A stretch of DNA of 64,000 bases from Polyangiaceae bacterium. Lineage in GTDB: Bacteria > Myxococcota_A > Polyangia > Polyangiales > Polyangiaceae. Positions 27,827 to 37,920 of this stretch are shown in pieces. Where the stretch lies: assembly GCA_044376115.1 (NCBI GenBank), contig JBILLK010000001.1, positions 320,001-384,000 of the forward strand, written 5' to 3'. Positions within the stretch are counted from its first letter, which is position 1; each line of letters opens with the position of its first letter. The position numbers and the translations under genes were made by a program. The notes under the pieces were generated by a model that was given only the letters and a program-made list of their open reading frames with translations, ran no database searches and was not told the origin of the DNA.

Positions 27827-30800
27827 CGCTGCGAGACCCAACATTAGCCAGCCGCCACGCGTCGAGGTGGGGCCGGAGACTTCACAGGCGCAACCGCCCG
27901 AAACGCCGTATCGCGGGCCTGCAGAATCTTCCTCATCATTGCTTTCGGGCTCTTCCCCGCTGGGACTCCAGTCGGTGGGCCTACCCACGGGGGAGCCTTC
28001 GCCGCCTTGTGAGCTGAAGGTCACAAAGCCACTATCGCTCACGTCCGCGGCCAGGGACAGCGCACTGCCAAGGCCCGCCGAGTCGGTGACCAGAAGCTTA
28101 ACGTTAACGCTCATTCCCCACGTACTGGGCGGCGCCTCGAAGCTCAGGCTCGTTGAAGCATCAGCGCCTTGCAGGGCGCTCTCTGCAACGAGCGTCACGT
28201 TCTCTTGAGCCTCCACCGACACCAACGCAACGTCGAGAGCCACGTTGTCCTTGGCAGTAAGCTCGAGCACCGGGTTCGCCCCGTTTTGCGCAACGGCCGT
28301 GAGGCTGGGCGCATCATGGTCGTTGAGCATGAACGGAACGGAGATGGCCTCTTGCCCGGGGTTATCTCCGCCGGCACGGACTACGACGCGGTAGGGCCGA
28401 GCTGCGAGAGCGCCGCTGAGATCGATCGTCGTAGAAGTTTCGTTGACTGAGGCATACGCGGGGTCCCACACCGGCTTGTCATCAGGGCCAATGAGAGCCA
28501 CCTCATAGGAAGTCACACCCTCGAGCTGCTCCCACTCAACATTGAGCAACTGCCCAACCTCAACCATCGTGGGGCCGCTCTCCGCCTGACCTGCGAGGCT
28601 GATAAACGGGGCCGGAAAGGAGAAATTGTCGAGACCGTAGAGAAAGCCGTCCGCACCACCGACAAGGATCTCGTCCTCGCCATCTCCGTCGGAATCCGCG
28701 ATTACCGGCTCACCCACCGAGACACCTAGATTCGCCGACCAGCGGACATCCATGGAACACGGGTCGATAACGTACAGATGGCCGTCAGAGGAGCCCACCA
28801 CGGCGGCTGGACTGCCATCAAGGTTGGCTACGCCGTTTACATTGCTGAAGATCCCCGTGGACTTCCCAGCAGCGTTTGCAGCCTCGACTGTAGCGTACGC
28901 CATACCGTGTGCGTAGGTACGGCTGCCAACCATCGCTCCAGTTGAAACCTCGTAGAACGTCAGGGTGGACGAGAGCACAGCTGGGGTTACGTATCGCTGC
29001 GATGAACCGCAGGTGAGCACCACCCCCGCCATGCCGTTTACTGGCTTATTGAGATCCGCTTGCCAGGCTACGGCTCCATTGCCACTTACGAGCGCCGGGC
29101 CCTCATAACCAGCTTGCAAGAGCAACCGCCTATCACCAGCTGGGCTCTCGGTTACCATCGGCAGGGAGTAGTTCATGTCCGGCATGCTGGCGATCGCCGT
29201 GGCCTGCCCCGTCTCTGAGCTGCGCTGCCAAAGCGAGGCGAACGTCATCGAATACCACTCGTCGATGCCGTCGCTGTTCAGGTCGCCCACCGAAGAGCCG
29301 AAGAAGCCGCCTGTCAGAATCGGCGCGCCGACGAAGCTCGTTGCGCCCGTTTCAAAATCCACCGCGGTTTGGTGGATCTCCCCGCCGTAGTTCCGCCAAT
29401 CGATCCCAACCAGGGTTTGTGCGCCGTTCCGCAATGCAACTGGCGCTCCCCAGGCGAAGCCGCTGGGCATTGTAATGGGGGCGGCGGCGGTGCCCGATTG
29501 CGAGTCAATCGACACCAACGTGGTGCCATGCTCGACACCGACGACTCGGGTCCCGTTGCTCAATTCAAGGATGGCGCTGCTGCTCAAATTCGGATTCCAC
29601 CAGCGGGGTACCGGAGGAATGATCCACGAAGCGTAGCTGGCATCCGCGGCCACGGTGCCCAGCGCGGTGCCCGATAGCAGGATGAAGGGGCCCTGCGCAT
29701 CGCTCGCGACCAGCGGCGCCGCCCTCAAAAAGCCGCCTCCGACGAAGGTTCCCAGGTGGGAACCGTCAACCCAAGTGAGGCCATTGGTGACCTCCATGAA
29801 CTGGTTGAGCACCTGCACGATACCAGTGCTCTCCCCGACCGCAATCTGGGGGTACGGTCGAGTAGCGAAGTCCGCTGTCATCAAACCGGTGATCGAGCCA
29901 AGGATGGGCTCATGGGTTGCCACCAACTGCCATTCATTGCCCACTAGCTCGTAGCCCTCGAGCGACCGGAACGAACCAACATTGGAAAGGGTGTAATCAC
30001 CTTCTGCTTCACCGGCTAAGAGCAGCGGTCGTTTGTTGGGCCGCGGCAACACCGCTAGCTTATGGTCTATCGACGCGGAAGACCGCCGAGCGCTATCGGT
30101 TAGCCGCAAGGCGCGGCGGCTTGGCAAGTTGGAGCCAAGCTGCGCAAACGGAACCAAGTTGGAGGGAGTGTACTTGAATACGGATAGACCGTTAGCGCCA
30201 GCGAGAACCAACTCCGCGCCGGACTCACCATCAAGGTCATGAGCGCCTTCAAAGCGAGCCGCAGAGATCTCCTGGAGCAACGTGCCGTCGGACCCGGACA
30301 ATACCCGCGTAGTCCAATCAGCGTCGGCCGCGTTCTTGAACGAGAACACAACCTCGGAGAGACCGTCCCCATCGAGGTCTGTGGCGACGTCGGTGGTAGC
30401 TGCAAATTCTGCCTCGAATGAGCCGGACTCCACGGCCCACATGAATTCGTTCTGGCCGGTCGCCACGTCCACACGGTAGGCCGAGATGCTGGGGCCAACC
30501 TGGCTAGCGACATGGGAGTTTTGTTGCACGAGCAGCAGCTCGAGGTCCCCTTGCCCGTCAAGATCAACCGCATAGGCCGAGGCGTGGATGAATGGCCAGC
30601 CGGAGACTCCTTGGGCCTCGAAACTGGTAAGTAGGGAGCCATCGCTACCGCGAAGGACCCGAGCATTGGTGAACGAAGTAAGGACGACCTCCATCTCGCC
30701 ATCGCCGTTCAGGTCGAGCAAAGCGTCGGTACCTGAGCTGATGGTCATTGGGTCCGCGAGAACCGGGAAGTCCCAAAGCTTTTCTGCTTGGCCGCTAGCG

Positions 30801-31381
30801 AACGAGTAGACCGAAGCGGCGTCGATACCCCACTTCGCACCAATCGCGTTATCGATGTAGACGTCCGCCAACCCGTCGCCATCAACGTCCCGAACGCGAA
30901 CCACACCGACCTGCTCCACCAGCTCGAGCGACGACCGCCAGCGTTCGATCCCGGTGCTCCCCTCGAGCACGATGGCGTGCTCCTGGATCTGCACGACCAC
31001 TTCGACGGTTCCGTCTCCGTCGAGGTCCGCAATACCTGCCACTTGACCGGGACCTAACACCTCGGTCTGCCAGAGCGTTTGCTGCGTTGCCATGTTGAGG
31101 GCAAGGAAGCGACCACCGCGGGCGATTACAGCGTGGTCATGCGGCAGGCCCTGGAGCATGGGCGCGTTCGCGAAGGTCACCGTTTGGTTGGTGGGCGCAC
31201 CGCCTAGAAAGGTGCGCCAGGCAACGTTGGGGGCCGCGAGATTGACCGGGCCTGATGCAACGGCCGTGCGGCCGTGGTCCCGCCTTGGGACTCGCCATTC
31301 ATCACCGTGAGAGGCCGCCGGGACTGCGTAGGCCGCACCAACAAGACACAGAAGCAGGCTCGTTCGTTGAAACCGTCGCAT
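27770..31381 (-). CDS. Large secreted FG-GAP/PQQ-like beta-propeller protein with MYXO-CTERM sorting signal
   Basis: Signal peptide; many DxDGDG repeats (DLDGDGTVE, DVDGDGLAD, DLNGDGEME, DSDGDGEDE); C-terminus GGCACEVSG...GGWLMLGLAALVLTRARTSRR. Confidence 0.82.
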   Translation of the reverse strand: MRRFQRTSLLLCLVGAAYAVPAASHGDEWRVPRRDHGRTAVASGPVNLAAPNVAWRTFLGGAPTNQTVTFANAPMLQGLPHDHAVIARGGRFLALNMATQQTLWQTEVLGPGQVAGIADLDGDGTVEVVVQIQEHAIVLEGSTGIERWRSSLELVEQVGVVRVRDVDGDGLADVYIDNAIGAKWGIDAASVYSFASGQAEKLWDFPVLADPMTISSGTDALLDLNGDGEMEVVLTSFTNARVLRGSDGSLLTSFEAQGVSGWPFIHASAYAVDLDGQGDLELLLVQQNSHVASQVGPSISAYRVDVATGQNEFMWAVESGSFEAEFAATTDVATDLDGDGLSEVVFSFKNAADADWTTRVLSGSDGTLLQEISAARFEGAHDLDGESGAELVLAGANGLSVFKYTPSNLVPFAQLGSNLPSRRALRLTDSARRSSASIDHKLAVLPRPNKRPLLLAGEAEGDYTLSNVGSFRSLEGYELVGNEWQLVATHEPILGSITGLMTADFATRPYPQIAVGESTGIVQVLNQFMEVTNGLTWVDGSHLGTFVGGGFLRAAPLVASDAQGPFILLSGTALGTVAADASYASWIIPPVPRWWNPNLSSSAILELSNGTRVVGVEHGTTLVSIDSQSGTAAAPITMPSGFAWGAPVALRNGAQTLVGIDWRNYGGEIHQTAVDFETGATSFVGAPILTGGFFGSSVGDLNSDGIDEWYSMTFASLWQRSSETGQATAIASMPDMNYSLPMVTESPAGDRRLLLQAGYEGPALVSGNGAVAWQADLNKPVNGMAGVVLTCGSSQRYVTPAVLSSTLTFYEVSTGAMVGSRTYAHGMAYATVEAANAAGKSTGIFSNVNGVANLDGSPAAVVGSSDGHLYVIDPCSMDVRWSANLGVSVGEPVIADSDGDGEDEILVGGADGFLYGLDNFSFPAPFISLAGQAESGPTMVEVGQLLNVEWEQLEGVTSYEVALIGPDDKPVWDPAYASVNETSTTIDLSGALAARPYRVVVRAGGDNPGQEAISVPFMLNDHDAPSLTAVAQNGANPVLELTAKDNVALDVALVSVEAQENVTLVAESALQGADASTSLSFEAPPSTWGMSVNVKLLVTDSAGLGSALSLAADVSDSGFVTFSSQGGEGSPVGRPTDWSPSGEEPESNDEEDSAGPRYGVSGGCACEVSGPTSTRGGWLMLGLAALVLTRARTSRRGAVKNSS

Positions 31382-31682
31382 ACCCCACACTCCTTCGAAC
31401 TTCGGCCAAGATGATCACTCGTGAGCGCCTTAGCCGCAACAGGCGCCGCCCCATCCCATCCGCCCGAGCAATGCCGGCCAGCGGGCAGGCTGATCACAAA
31501 AAGCGTGCTAGCTACTCGAATGGCGAATTTGCCTATGATCTCCGCACCCACACGCGGTGGAACGGGTTAGGACTCGCGCCAAACGATTGACACAAGCGCC
31601 AAGATTGCGTCGCAGCTTGTGACAACGAAGTGTCGCCATGCCGTGCTTGGCCCTGAACTCCGCTCTCCTCAGAAGCAACCTA

Positions 31683-31697
31683 TGGCAAGCTGCTAGC
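31683..31697 (+). promoter_or_regulatory. Possible sigma-54 (-24/-12) promoter for the wzy-like gene
   Basis: TGGCAAGCTGCTAGC keeps the GG-N10-GC spacing of TGGCACG-N4-TTGC (2 mismatches); lies 25 nt before ATG 31723. Confidence 0.3.
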
Positions 31698-31722
31698 CGA
31701 CGGCTTGACCCGAAGGATCTCG

Positions 31723-33243
31723 ATGCCTGGTTCTCTCACTCATCTGAACAAGCGAGTCGCTGCGGAACAGCGTCAGGTCAAAGTCGCCGTTCCCGCATTG
31801 ATCGGTGCCGCGATCACGCTTGGCTGGGCATTTGTTGCGTTTGCGCTCGCCGATTCGCTGTACGGCCCGATGGCGATCGTGGCGTCGATTGCCACCGTGG
31901 CTGCGTCGGTTGCTGTGTACCTGTGGAAGCCTGCGGAGGGGAGAGAGCCTGTTCGCGTCGTGGGCCTGATGGTGCTCGTTCAGACCTTTTTGAGCGCGGG
32001 TATGTCGGTCATCCGTGAGGTCGACCGAGCAACCGCCCACTCGCGACCGTCCCCCGAAGCCTACACCTTCGCCACGGTCTCCAGCGTCGTCTTCACGTTC
32101 TGTTTCTTGGCAGGCCTGTGGATTGGGGCGCCCGGTCCGTCGAAGAAGCTGCCGGACCCACTAACGAGCTCCTCGGGTCCAACCCAGAGCAATATCCTGA
32201 TCCTTGGCGTTATTACCTCTGCGGTGACCATGGTGACGTCCTTGGGCGCTGGTCGCAGCCTGGGGGTATTGCCAATGATTCTTTTCAATACCTCCCTAAC
32301 GCTCCCACTTTTTACTGCACATTATCTAATGAAGGGCGGCAGTCGCCTTCCGCTTTACCTATCGTTGTTCGTTCAGGTTGTTTTGGCCATCTACACCAGC
32401 ATGCTGGGCTTAGCCATACTCTCCATTCGCGACATATTGCTCACTTATGTTGCGTTGCGCAAACGAGTTCCCTGGGCAGTGGTCGCTATCTCTGTTGCCG
32501 CCTTTCTAATCTTGAACCCAGCTAAGGCGCTATTCCGTCAACAGGTCTCCGACAGCGGCCCAATCACATTCGAGCAAGCCCTGGTAGTGTGGCAGGACTC
32601 ACTGACAGATACGTGGTCCACGCAAACCATCGAGAGAACAGAAGCTCGAGACGGGGCGTTGCGAACGACGGCCGAGCGACTCGACTACAATTGGCTGTCC
32701 GCCCATGTCTATTCGGTCGTACCCGACCGTATTCCTTATCAGCTTGGACGCACCTACGAAGACGTCCCGCTCCTCTTGGTTCCACGGATTCTCTATCCCG
32801 ATAAACCCACCAGCCAGGGACGAACCCGCAGCCGCTGGTTGATTGAACTCGGAGTACAGAGTAGCAGCTCGACCGACACTGTTGCCATCTCGCTACCGGC
32901 GTCCGCCGAGGCGTATTGGAATTTTGGATGGCTCGGCGTTTTCGTCGTGGGCACGACCTTGGGATTGAGCGTGGGAGCCTTGTTCCGAGTGCGGATTGCT
33001 GATCCGCTAGGTCGTGTTGCCTGGACTGTCTTGGTGGCCACGACCTGCACCTTCTTCCTGGACATGGTCGTTTGGCTGGTGCCACAGATCGTGATCGCTT
33101 TAATTTGTGTTCCCCTAGTCACTTTCTACTGTGGGCTCGGCCGAACGAAGCTCAAAAGGTCGATGGGCGGCAACGCCAGTCAGCAAGACGCTCACCCTGC
33201 TGGGCAACCCATCTCAAGCGAGGACAAGGAAGCTGTCACCTAG
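31723..33243 (+). CDS. Polytopic membrane protein, probable Wzy-type polysaccharide polymerase
   Basis: About 11 TM helices; periplasmic loop with ERLD...VPDRIPYQLG.TY...LVPRILYPDKP; EAYWNFGWLGV. Confidence 0.65.
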   Translation: MPGSLTHLNKRVAAEQRQVKVAVPALIGAAITLGWAFVAFALADSLYGPMAIVASIATVAASVAVYLWKPAEGREPVRVVGLMVLVQTFLSAGMSVIREVDRATAHSRPSPEAYTFATVSSVVFTFCFLAGLWIGAPGPSKKLPDPLTSSSGPTQSNILILGVITSAVTMVTSLGAGRSLGVLPMILFNTSLTLPLFTAHYLMKGGSRLPLYLSLFVQVVLAIYTSMLGLAILSIRDILLTYVALRKRVPWAVVAISVAAFLILNPAKALFRQQVSDSGPITFEQALVVWQDSLTDTWSTQTIERTEARDGALRTTAERLDYNWLSAHVYSVVPDRIPYQLGRTYEDVPLLLVPRILYPDKPTSQGRTRSRWLIELGVQSSSSTDTVAISLPASAEAYWNFGWLGVFVVGTTLGLSVGALFRVRIADPLGRVAWTVLVATTCTFFLDMVVWLVPQIVIALICVPLVTFYCGLGRTKLKRSMGGNASQQDAHPAGQPISSEDKEAVT

Positions 33244-34432
33244 CGCGTCGTGGAACAACTGCGGCGAGCGCCTCGATGATTCCGTTGACACCAACGTCGT
33301 AGTTCCATGGCTGAATCAGCTCCAGCGATTTGGCACCCATTTGGGCGGTTCGTTCAGGGTCAGCAATCACTTCATCAATCTTCGCAGCAAGCTCCGCCAC
33401 GTTTCCCATACGGAACGTGAAGCCATTATGGCCCTCTTGGATGAAGTCTGCGGCAGACTGAACGCGGTCGGAGGTGATGACCGGCAAGCCAAAACACATG
33501 GCCTCACGGACGGTGAGAGGGTTCACCTCGTGCTCGGAAGGAAGTACAAAGACGCTCGCCAATGCATAGTAGCGACCAAGCGTACTCATGTTCTGTGGGC
33601 CAACGAACTTGACCCTTTCGAGTGCCTTCTCACGACAATAGGTCTGCAGCTCCTCAAATAGCGGCCCGCCACCGACCATGACCAGGTTGGCGGGCGTCTT
33701 CAGCTGCTCAAATGCAAGTAGAAGATCTTTGGGCCGCTTCACCGGGCGCATCAATGACACGTGCAGCAGCGTTGGAAGCGATGGGTCGAGTCCGAGCTCC
33801 TGCAGAGCTGCTTCACGGTCGCCTTGGCGCGCCCGCGCCTCTTGCATCCAGCGCTCATTGTCCACAGCCAATGGCGACCAGAAGATACGCTCCTCCGGCA
33901 CGCCGTAGTGTTGATAGAAGGCTCGCGCTCGACCGCTCATCGCCAACGCTGCGTCGATATTCGCAGTAAACTGGCGCCGGAAGTTCTCGCGTAGCCAGGC
34001 GGGTCGCGGGGAATTCGAGTCCAGGACGGTGTCCCCGTGAAAGAGGATCGGCATCCGTAGCGCCTTCGCGCAACCGAAGGCCAGCATCTCGGTGGCGGCA
34101 ACGTAGCCATGCAGATACAGCGCGTCGAAGCGCCCCAGCAGCAACTCCGTAGCAATACCTAGATTGAGCTTGGCCGTAGGCCGTTGCCGATGCGGATGGG
34201 GGCTGAAATTGCGGAGAAACCTATACCGATATCCCTCAAGTAGTGGGATGTCCCAAACGAATGTTTCGCCGAGCCCCTCTACGACTGCGGGCTTGAGACC
34301 GACCTCGCTCATGTAAAAGACGGTAAGGTCAACCTCGGGTCGGCTCGCAAGGCGTTGCAGCAGCGGCACGATGTATTGAATGGGATGCGAAATCAGCGCA
34401 GCTAATTTTATGGGCCGACCGGCTGCGGGCAT
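33236..34432 (-). CDS. GT4 (GT-B) glycosyltransferase
   Basis: SHPIQYIVPL, WDIPLLEGY, FVLPSEHEVNPLTVREAMCFGLPVITSD. Confidence 0.9.
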   Translation of the reverse strand: MPAAGRPIKLAALISHPIQYIVPLLQRLASRPEVDLTVFYMSEVGLKPAVVEGLGETFVWDIPLLEGYRYRFLRNFSPHPHRQRPTAKLNLGIATELLLGRFDALYLHGYVAATEMLAFGCAKALRMPILFHGDTVLDSNSPRPAWLRENFRRQFTANIDAALAMSGRARAFYQHYGVPEERIFWSPLAVDNERWMQEARARQGDREAALQELGLDPSLPTLLHVSLMRPVKRPKDLLLAFEQLKTPANLVMVGGGPLFEELQTYCREKALERVKFVGPQNMSTLGRYYALASVFVLPSEHEVNPLTVREAMCFGLPVITSDRVQSAADFIQEGHNGFTFRMGNVAELAAKIDEVIADPERTAQMGAKSLELIQPWNYDVGVNGIIEALAAVVPRRAR

Positions 34433-34606
34433 GCCCTTGCGTACTACTCGGTTAGTCGCTGTGCAAGTCACTCGCTGTGCAAGAGATGCGTACCGAGCGA
34501 GCGCGAGGCTTTACAGACCCCGTCGGCGGTGTTTGGATTCCCTTGTGTCCTCCGCCGCGTTCGCTGTTGCCCTCCTGCTCGAGCTAGCGGGACTCCCATA
34601 GCTGAG

Positions 34607-35599
34607 ATGTTGCGCGTCCACTACTTTCAGCGCAGACGTCGGCCTAACGCCAACTTCAGTCTGGAGTTCATCTTTGACGACGTTCGCCGACGTCTCCGTG
34701 GCGAGGTGGACGCACGCGTGGTGACAGCCCCTTGGTACAGCAACGGGCTTTCCCGCAGAGTCGCGATCGCCGCGCATGCAGCCGTTCAACAGGGAGAGAT
34801 CAACCACATCACCGGTGACATTACCTTCGTGGCGATCCCGCTGCGAAAAGAGCGCACGGTGCTCACCATGCTCGACTGTGGCAGCGTCCTACAGAGCCGC
34901 GGTCTCAAGCGGCTGTTGCTGCAAAAGGTATGGTTGGAGCTGCCAGTAGCAGGCAGCGCGGTGGTGACGACGATCTCCCAGCAGGCCAAGTCAGAGATCG
35001 TAGCGCTTACTGGCTGTGACCCAGCGAAAGTCGTAGTCATCCCAGTAGCCATTTCGGAGCGGTTCCAGTTGACTCCACAGGAATTCAATCACGAATGTCC
35101 GAGGATCTTAGCGATTGGCACCGCTCCAAATAAGAACTTGGATCGTCTCATCAGCGCGGTTGAAGGTCTCCCCTGCACCTTGGTGATCATTGGGCAGTTG
35201 CAGGCAGAGCATCATCAAGCGCTGCTTCAGCGTCAGATTCGGTTTGAGAACTATTTCAACCTAACGAGTGAGGCTGTGATTGAGCAGTATCGTCGCTCGG
35301 ATTTGGTGAGCTTCGTCTCGACCTACGAGGGCTTTGGCATGCCGATCCTCGAGGCCCAAGCGGTTGGTCGCCCGGTGATAACCAGCAACCTCAGCTCGAT
35401 GCCAGAGGTTGCCGGAGACGCGGCCTGCCTCATCGATCCACTCTCGGTGAGCTCGATTCGCAGCGGGCTCGAGAGAGTGATCGAGGACAAGGGCTACCGG
35501 GAGCAGCTCGTCGCCCGCGGGATGGAGAACGTGAAGCGCTTTGACCCAGAGCGGATCGCCCGCCAGTACCTAGAGGTCTACCGAACCCTAGCCAGGTGA
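34607..35599 (+). CDS. GT4 glycosyltransferase
   Basis: NHITGDI, TAPNKNL, STYEGFGMPILEAQAVGRPVITSNLSSMPEVAGDAA. Confidence 0.92.
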   Translation: MLRVHYFQRRRRPNANFSLEFIFDDVRRRLRGEVDARVVTAPWYSNGLSRRVAIAAHAAVQQGEINHITGDITFVAIPLRKERTVLTMLDCGSVLQSRGLKRLLLQKVWLELPVAGSAVVTTISQQAKSEIVALTGCDPAKVVVIPVAISERFQLTPQEFNHECPRILAIGTAPNKNLDRLISAVEGLPCTLVIIGQLQAEHHQALLQRQIRFENYFNLTSEAVIEQYRRSDLVSFVSTYEGFGMPILEAQAVGRPVITSNLSSMPEVAGDAACLIDPLSVSSIRSGLERVIEDKGYREQLVARGMENVKRFDPERIARQYLEVYRTLAR

Positions 35600-36550
35600 A
35601 AGCGTCGTCGCACGCAACATTTTGCGGACGACATCGGCCATTTTGGTTCGCGCCTCCCAGTGAAGGACTGCTCGGGCACGGGCTGGGTTTCCGCAGCTTC
35701 GCCGGATATCACTTGGGCGAAGCAACTCGGGATCGGTATCGACGTGCTCTCGATAGTCGAGCCCTAACTCCGCGAACACCGCCGCGATAAAATCGCGCAG
35801 GGAATTTGTCTCCCCCGTAGCAATCACGAAGTCTTGCGGTTGGTCGATCTGCAGCATGGTTGCCATAGCCTCCACGTATTCAGGCGCCCAACCCCAATCT
35901 CGCTCGATGTCTACGTTACCGAGCTTGAGCCTCTCTTTGCTACCGGCCGCTATCCGCTTGGCCGACTCAATCACCTTCCGGGTAACGAAGCGCTCCGGTC
36001 TTAACGGGGATTCGTGATTGAAGAGGATCCCGGAGCAAGCCCATATCCCGTAGGCCTCGCGATAGTTGGCTACCGTCCAATAGGCCGTGGCCTTGGCCAC
36101 GCCGTAGGGGCTTCGTGGCATGAAGGGCGAATCCTCCGTGGCGCCGCCGGAAGGCGTTTCGCCGAAGCATTCGCTGGAACAGGCGCTGTAGAAGCGCGCA
36201 CTGCTCTTCAGCACGCGCAGGACCTCAAGGATGTTGAGGGTGCCGAAGGCGATGCTCTCCAACGTTTCTACCGGCTGCTCAAACGAGAGCCCCACCGAGC
36301 TTTGACCGGCTAGATTGTAAATTTCGTCTGGCGAATGTTTCATTAGCGCTTGAAGGACGCTGCGGAAGTCTGTGAGGGCCATCGAAACGAGCGTGACGTC
36401 CTGTTTGATGCCGAGGGCCTTCAAGCCCGAGAAGCTGGAGAGCTGGGCGTCACGTGAGGTGCCAATGACCTGGTAGCCGCGGTCGAGCAAGGTGCGGGCG
36501 AGGTAGGCGCCGTCTTGGCCCGATACTCCACTGATCAACGCTCGCTTCAT
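35588..36550 (-). CDS. gmd: GDP-mannose 4,6-dehydratase
   Basis: ALISGVSGQDGAYLA, YNLAGQSSVGLSF, SPYGVAK, ILFNHESPLR, RDWGWAPEYV. Confidence 0.9.
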   Translation of the reverse strand: MKRALISGVSGQDGAYLARTLLDRGYQVIGTSRDAQLSSFSGLKALGIKQDVTLVSMALTDFRSVLQALMKHSPDEIYNLAGQSSVGLSFEQPVETLESIAFGTLNILEVLRVLKSSARFYSACSSECFGETPSGGATEDSPFMPRSPYGVAKATAYWTVANYREAYGIWACSGILFNHESPLRPERFVTRKVIESAKRIAAGSKERLKLGNVDIERDWGWAPEYVEAMATMLQIDQPQDFVIATGETNSLRDFIAAVFAELGLDYREHVDTDPELLRPSDIRRSCGNPARARAVLHWEARTKMADVVRKMLRATTLSPG

Positions 36551-36652
36551 GCGTGATCCTGTAGCTCCAATTGAGCCTGCCACCAAGTTTCGACTTGTTA
36601 CAGACCTCGCCGACGCGTGAGAGCAGCGCGGTCATTGCGGTCGTGATACGAG

Positions 36653-37756
36653 GTGGCTGTGAAGCTCGTCTACATCGTTGATTGGCTCCCGCCCGACTAT
36701 GGGGCCATCGGCCAGTACGCGTTGAAGGAAGCGCGCGAGCGTGCTGAGCAAGGGGATGAAGTGCATCTGTGGGGGCTTTCATCCGAGCGCGGCAGCCAAG
36801 AGGTTGAGCAGCTCGGGACGGGCAAGCTCATCGTCAACCGCCTGTTCGCAACCGCGTTACCGCGTAACAACCTGCGAGCTCGAGCCGGTTGGACGCTCAA
36901 AACGAATGCACGGCTGGTAGCGAGCGCATTGCCTCAGATGCAAAGCGCGGACGAAGTGTTGTTTACGGCCAGCCCACCTTTTTTGGAGCACCTCGTGATT
37001 CCTCTCCGACGGCTGCTCAAGGGCCAGGTGATTTTTCGCATCGCCGACGTGCACCCCGAGGTGTTGATGAATGAGATGGGCCGCGTGCCAACGTGGCTGA
37101 AGGCCTTTCACGGGCTTACGCTGCGCCGAAGGCGCGAGGTGAGTGTGCTGGAGGTGCTTGGCGAGGACCAGCGTGAGCTGATGATTGCCAACGGGGTGGC
37201 GCCCGAACGACTGCGGCTGCGCCGCAGCGGGTCTCCTATCACCTGGGACAATCAGTGCGGAAAGCTCGCTCGGCCACCGTCGCTGGACGGTCTTGCCATA
37301 CTGCTCTATTCGGGCGCGGTAGGTCACGCGCACGAGATTGACACCTTCGTAGCGGGCTACGAGCAGCACCATCGCAGCGGGCCAGGCCGAGTAGGGTTGT
37401 GGCTGAACGCCGACGGAACGTTTGCCGACCGCTTCGAGCAGGCGGTGCGCGCACGTGGGCTACCGATCCACCGCTCGAAGCCGGTTCCTCTTTCCGATCT
37501 TTGTAGCCTGCTCAACACCGCAGACGCCCACCTGATCACGCTCAAGGACGCCTATGTTGGCTTGGTAGTGCCATCAAAGATGTATGCTTGCTTAGCCTCG
37601 GGAAAGGACATTCTCTTCGTTGGGAGTCCCCGGTCGGACGTAGACCTTTTGTGCAGGGAGCAGCGCTCCGAAGGCTACTTTCATGCAGCCGTGGGCAACT
37701 CTGAAGGAGTCGCCGTTGCGCTCGGCGCGCTTGCTCGACGTGCATCCCAGAACTAG
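36653..37756 (+). CDS. GT4-type glycosyltransferase (WcaI/WbuB-like)
   Basis: DWLPPDYGAIG, FTASPPF, DVHPE, LYSGAVGHAH, VVPSKMYACLASGK. Confidence 0.8.
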   Translation: MAVKLVYIVDWLPPDYGAIGQYALKEARERAEQGDEVHLWGLSSERGSQEVEQLGTGKLIVNRLFATALPRNNLRARAGWTLKTNARLVASALPQMQSADEVLFTASPPFLEHLVIPLRRLLKGQVIFRIADVHPEVLMNEMGRVPTWLKAFHGLTLRRRREVSVLEVLGEDQRELMIANGVAPERLRLRRSGSPITWDNQCGKLARPPSLDGLAILLYSGAVGHAHEIDTFVAGYEQHHRSGPGRVGLWLNADGTFADRFEQAVRARGLPIHRSKPVPLSDLCSLLNTADAHLITLKDAYVGLVVPSKMYACLASGKDILFVGSPRSDVDLLCREQRSEGYFHAAVGNSEGVAVALGALARRASQN

Positions 37757-37920
37757 CGACGTCTAGGTTGGTTGCGCGCCGTTGAACGTGAACGCCGTCA
37801 CCCGCAACAAACCCACTGCCTTCGCTTGAAGGCTTCTGCACCCACAAGATTGATCGCGCAGCGCTCGCGCTTGCCGGGGGAGGCTTCCCGGGATACGAGA
37901 GCGCCCGCAAAGGTGAACGT

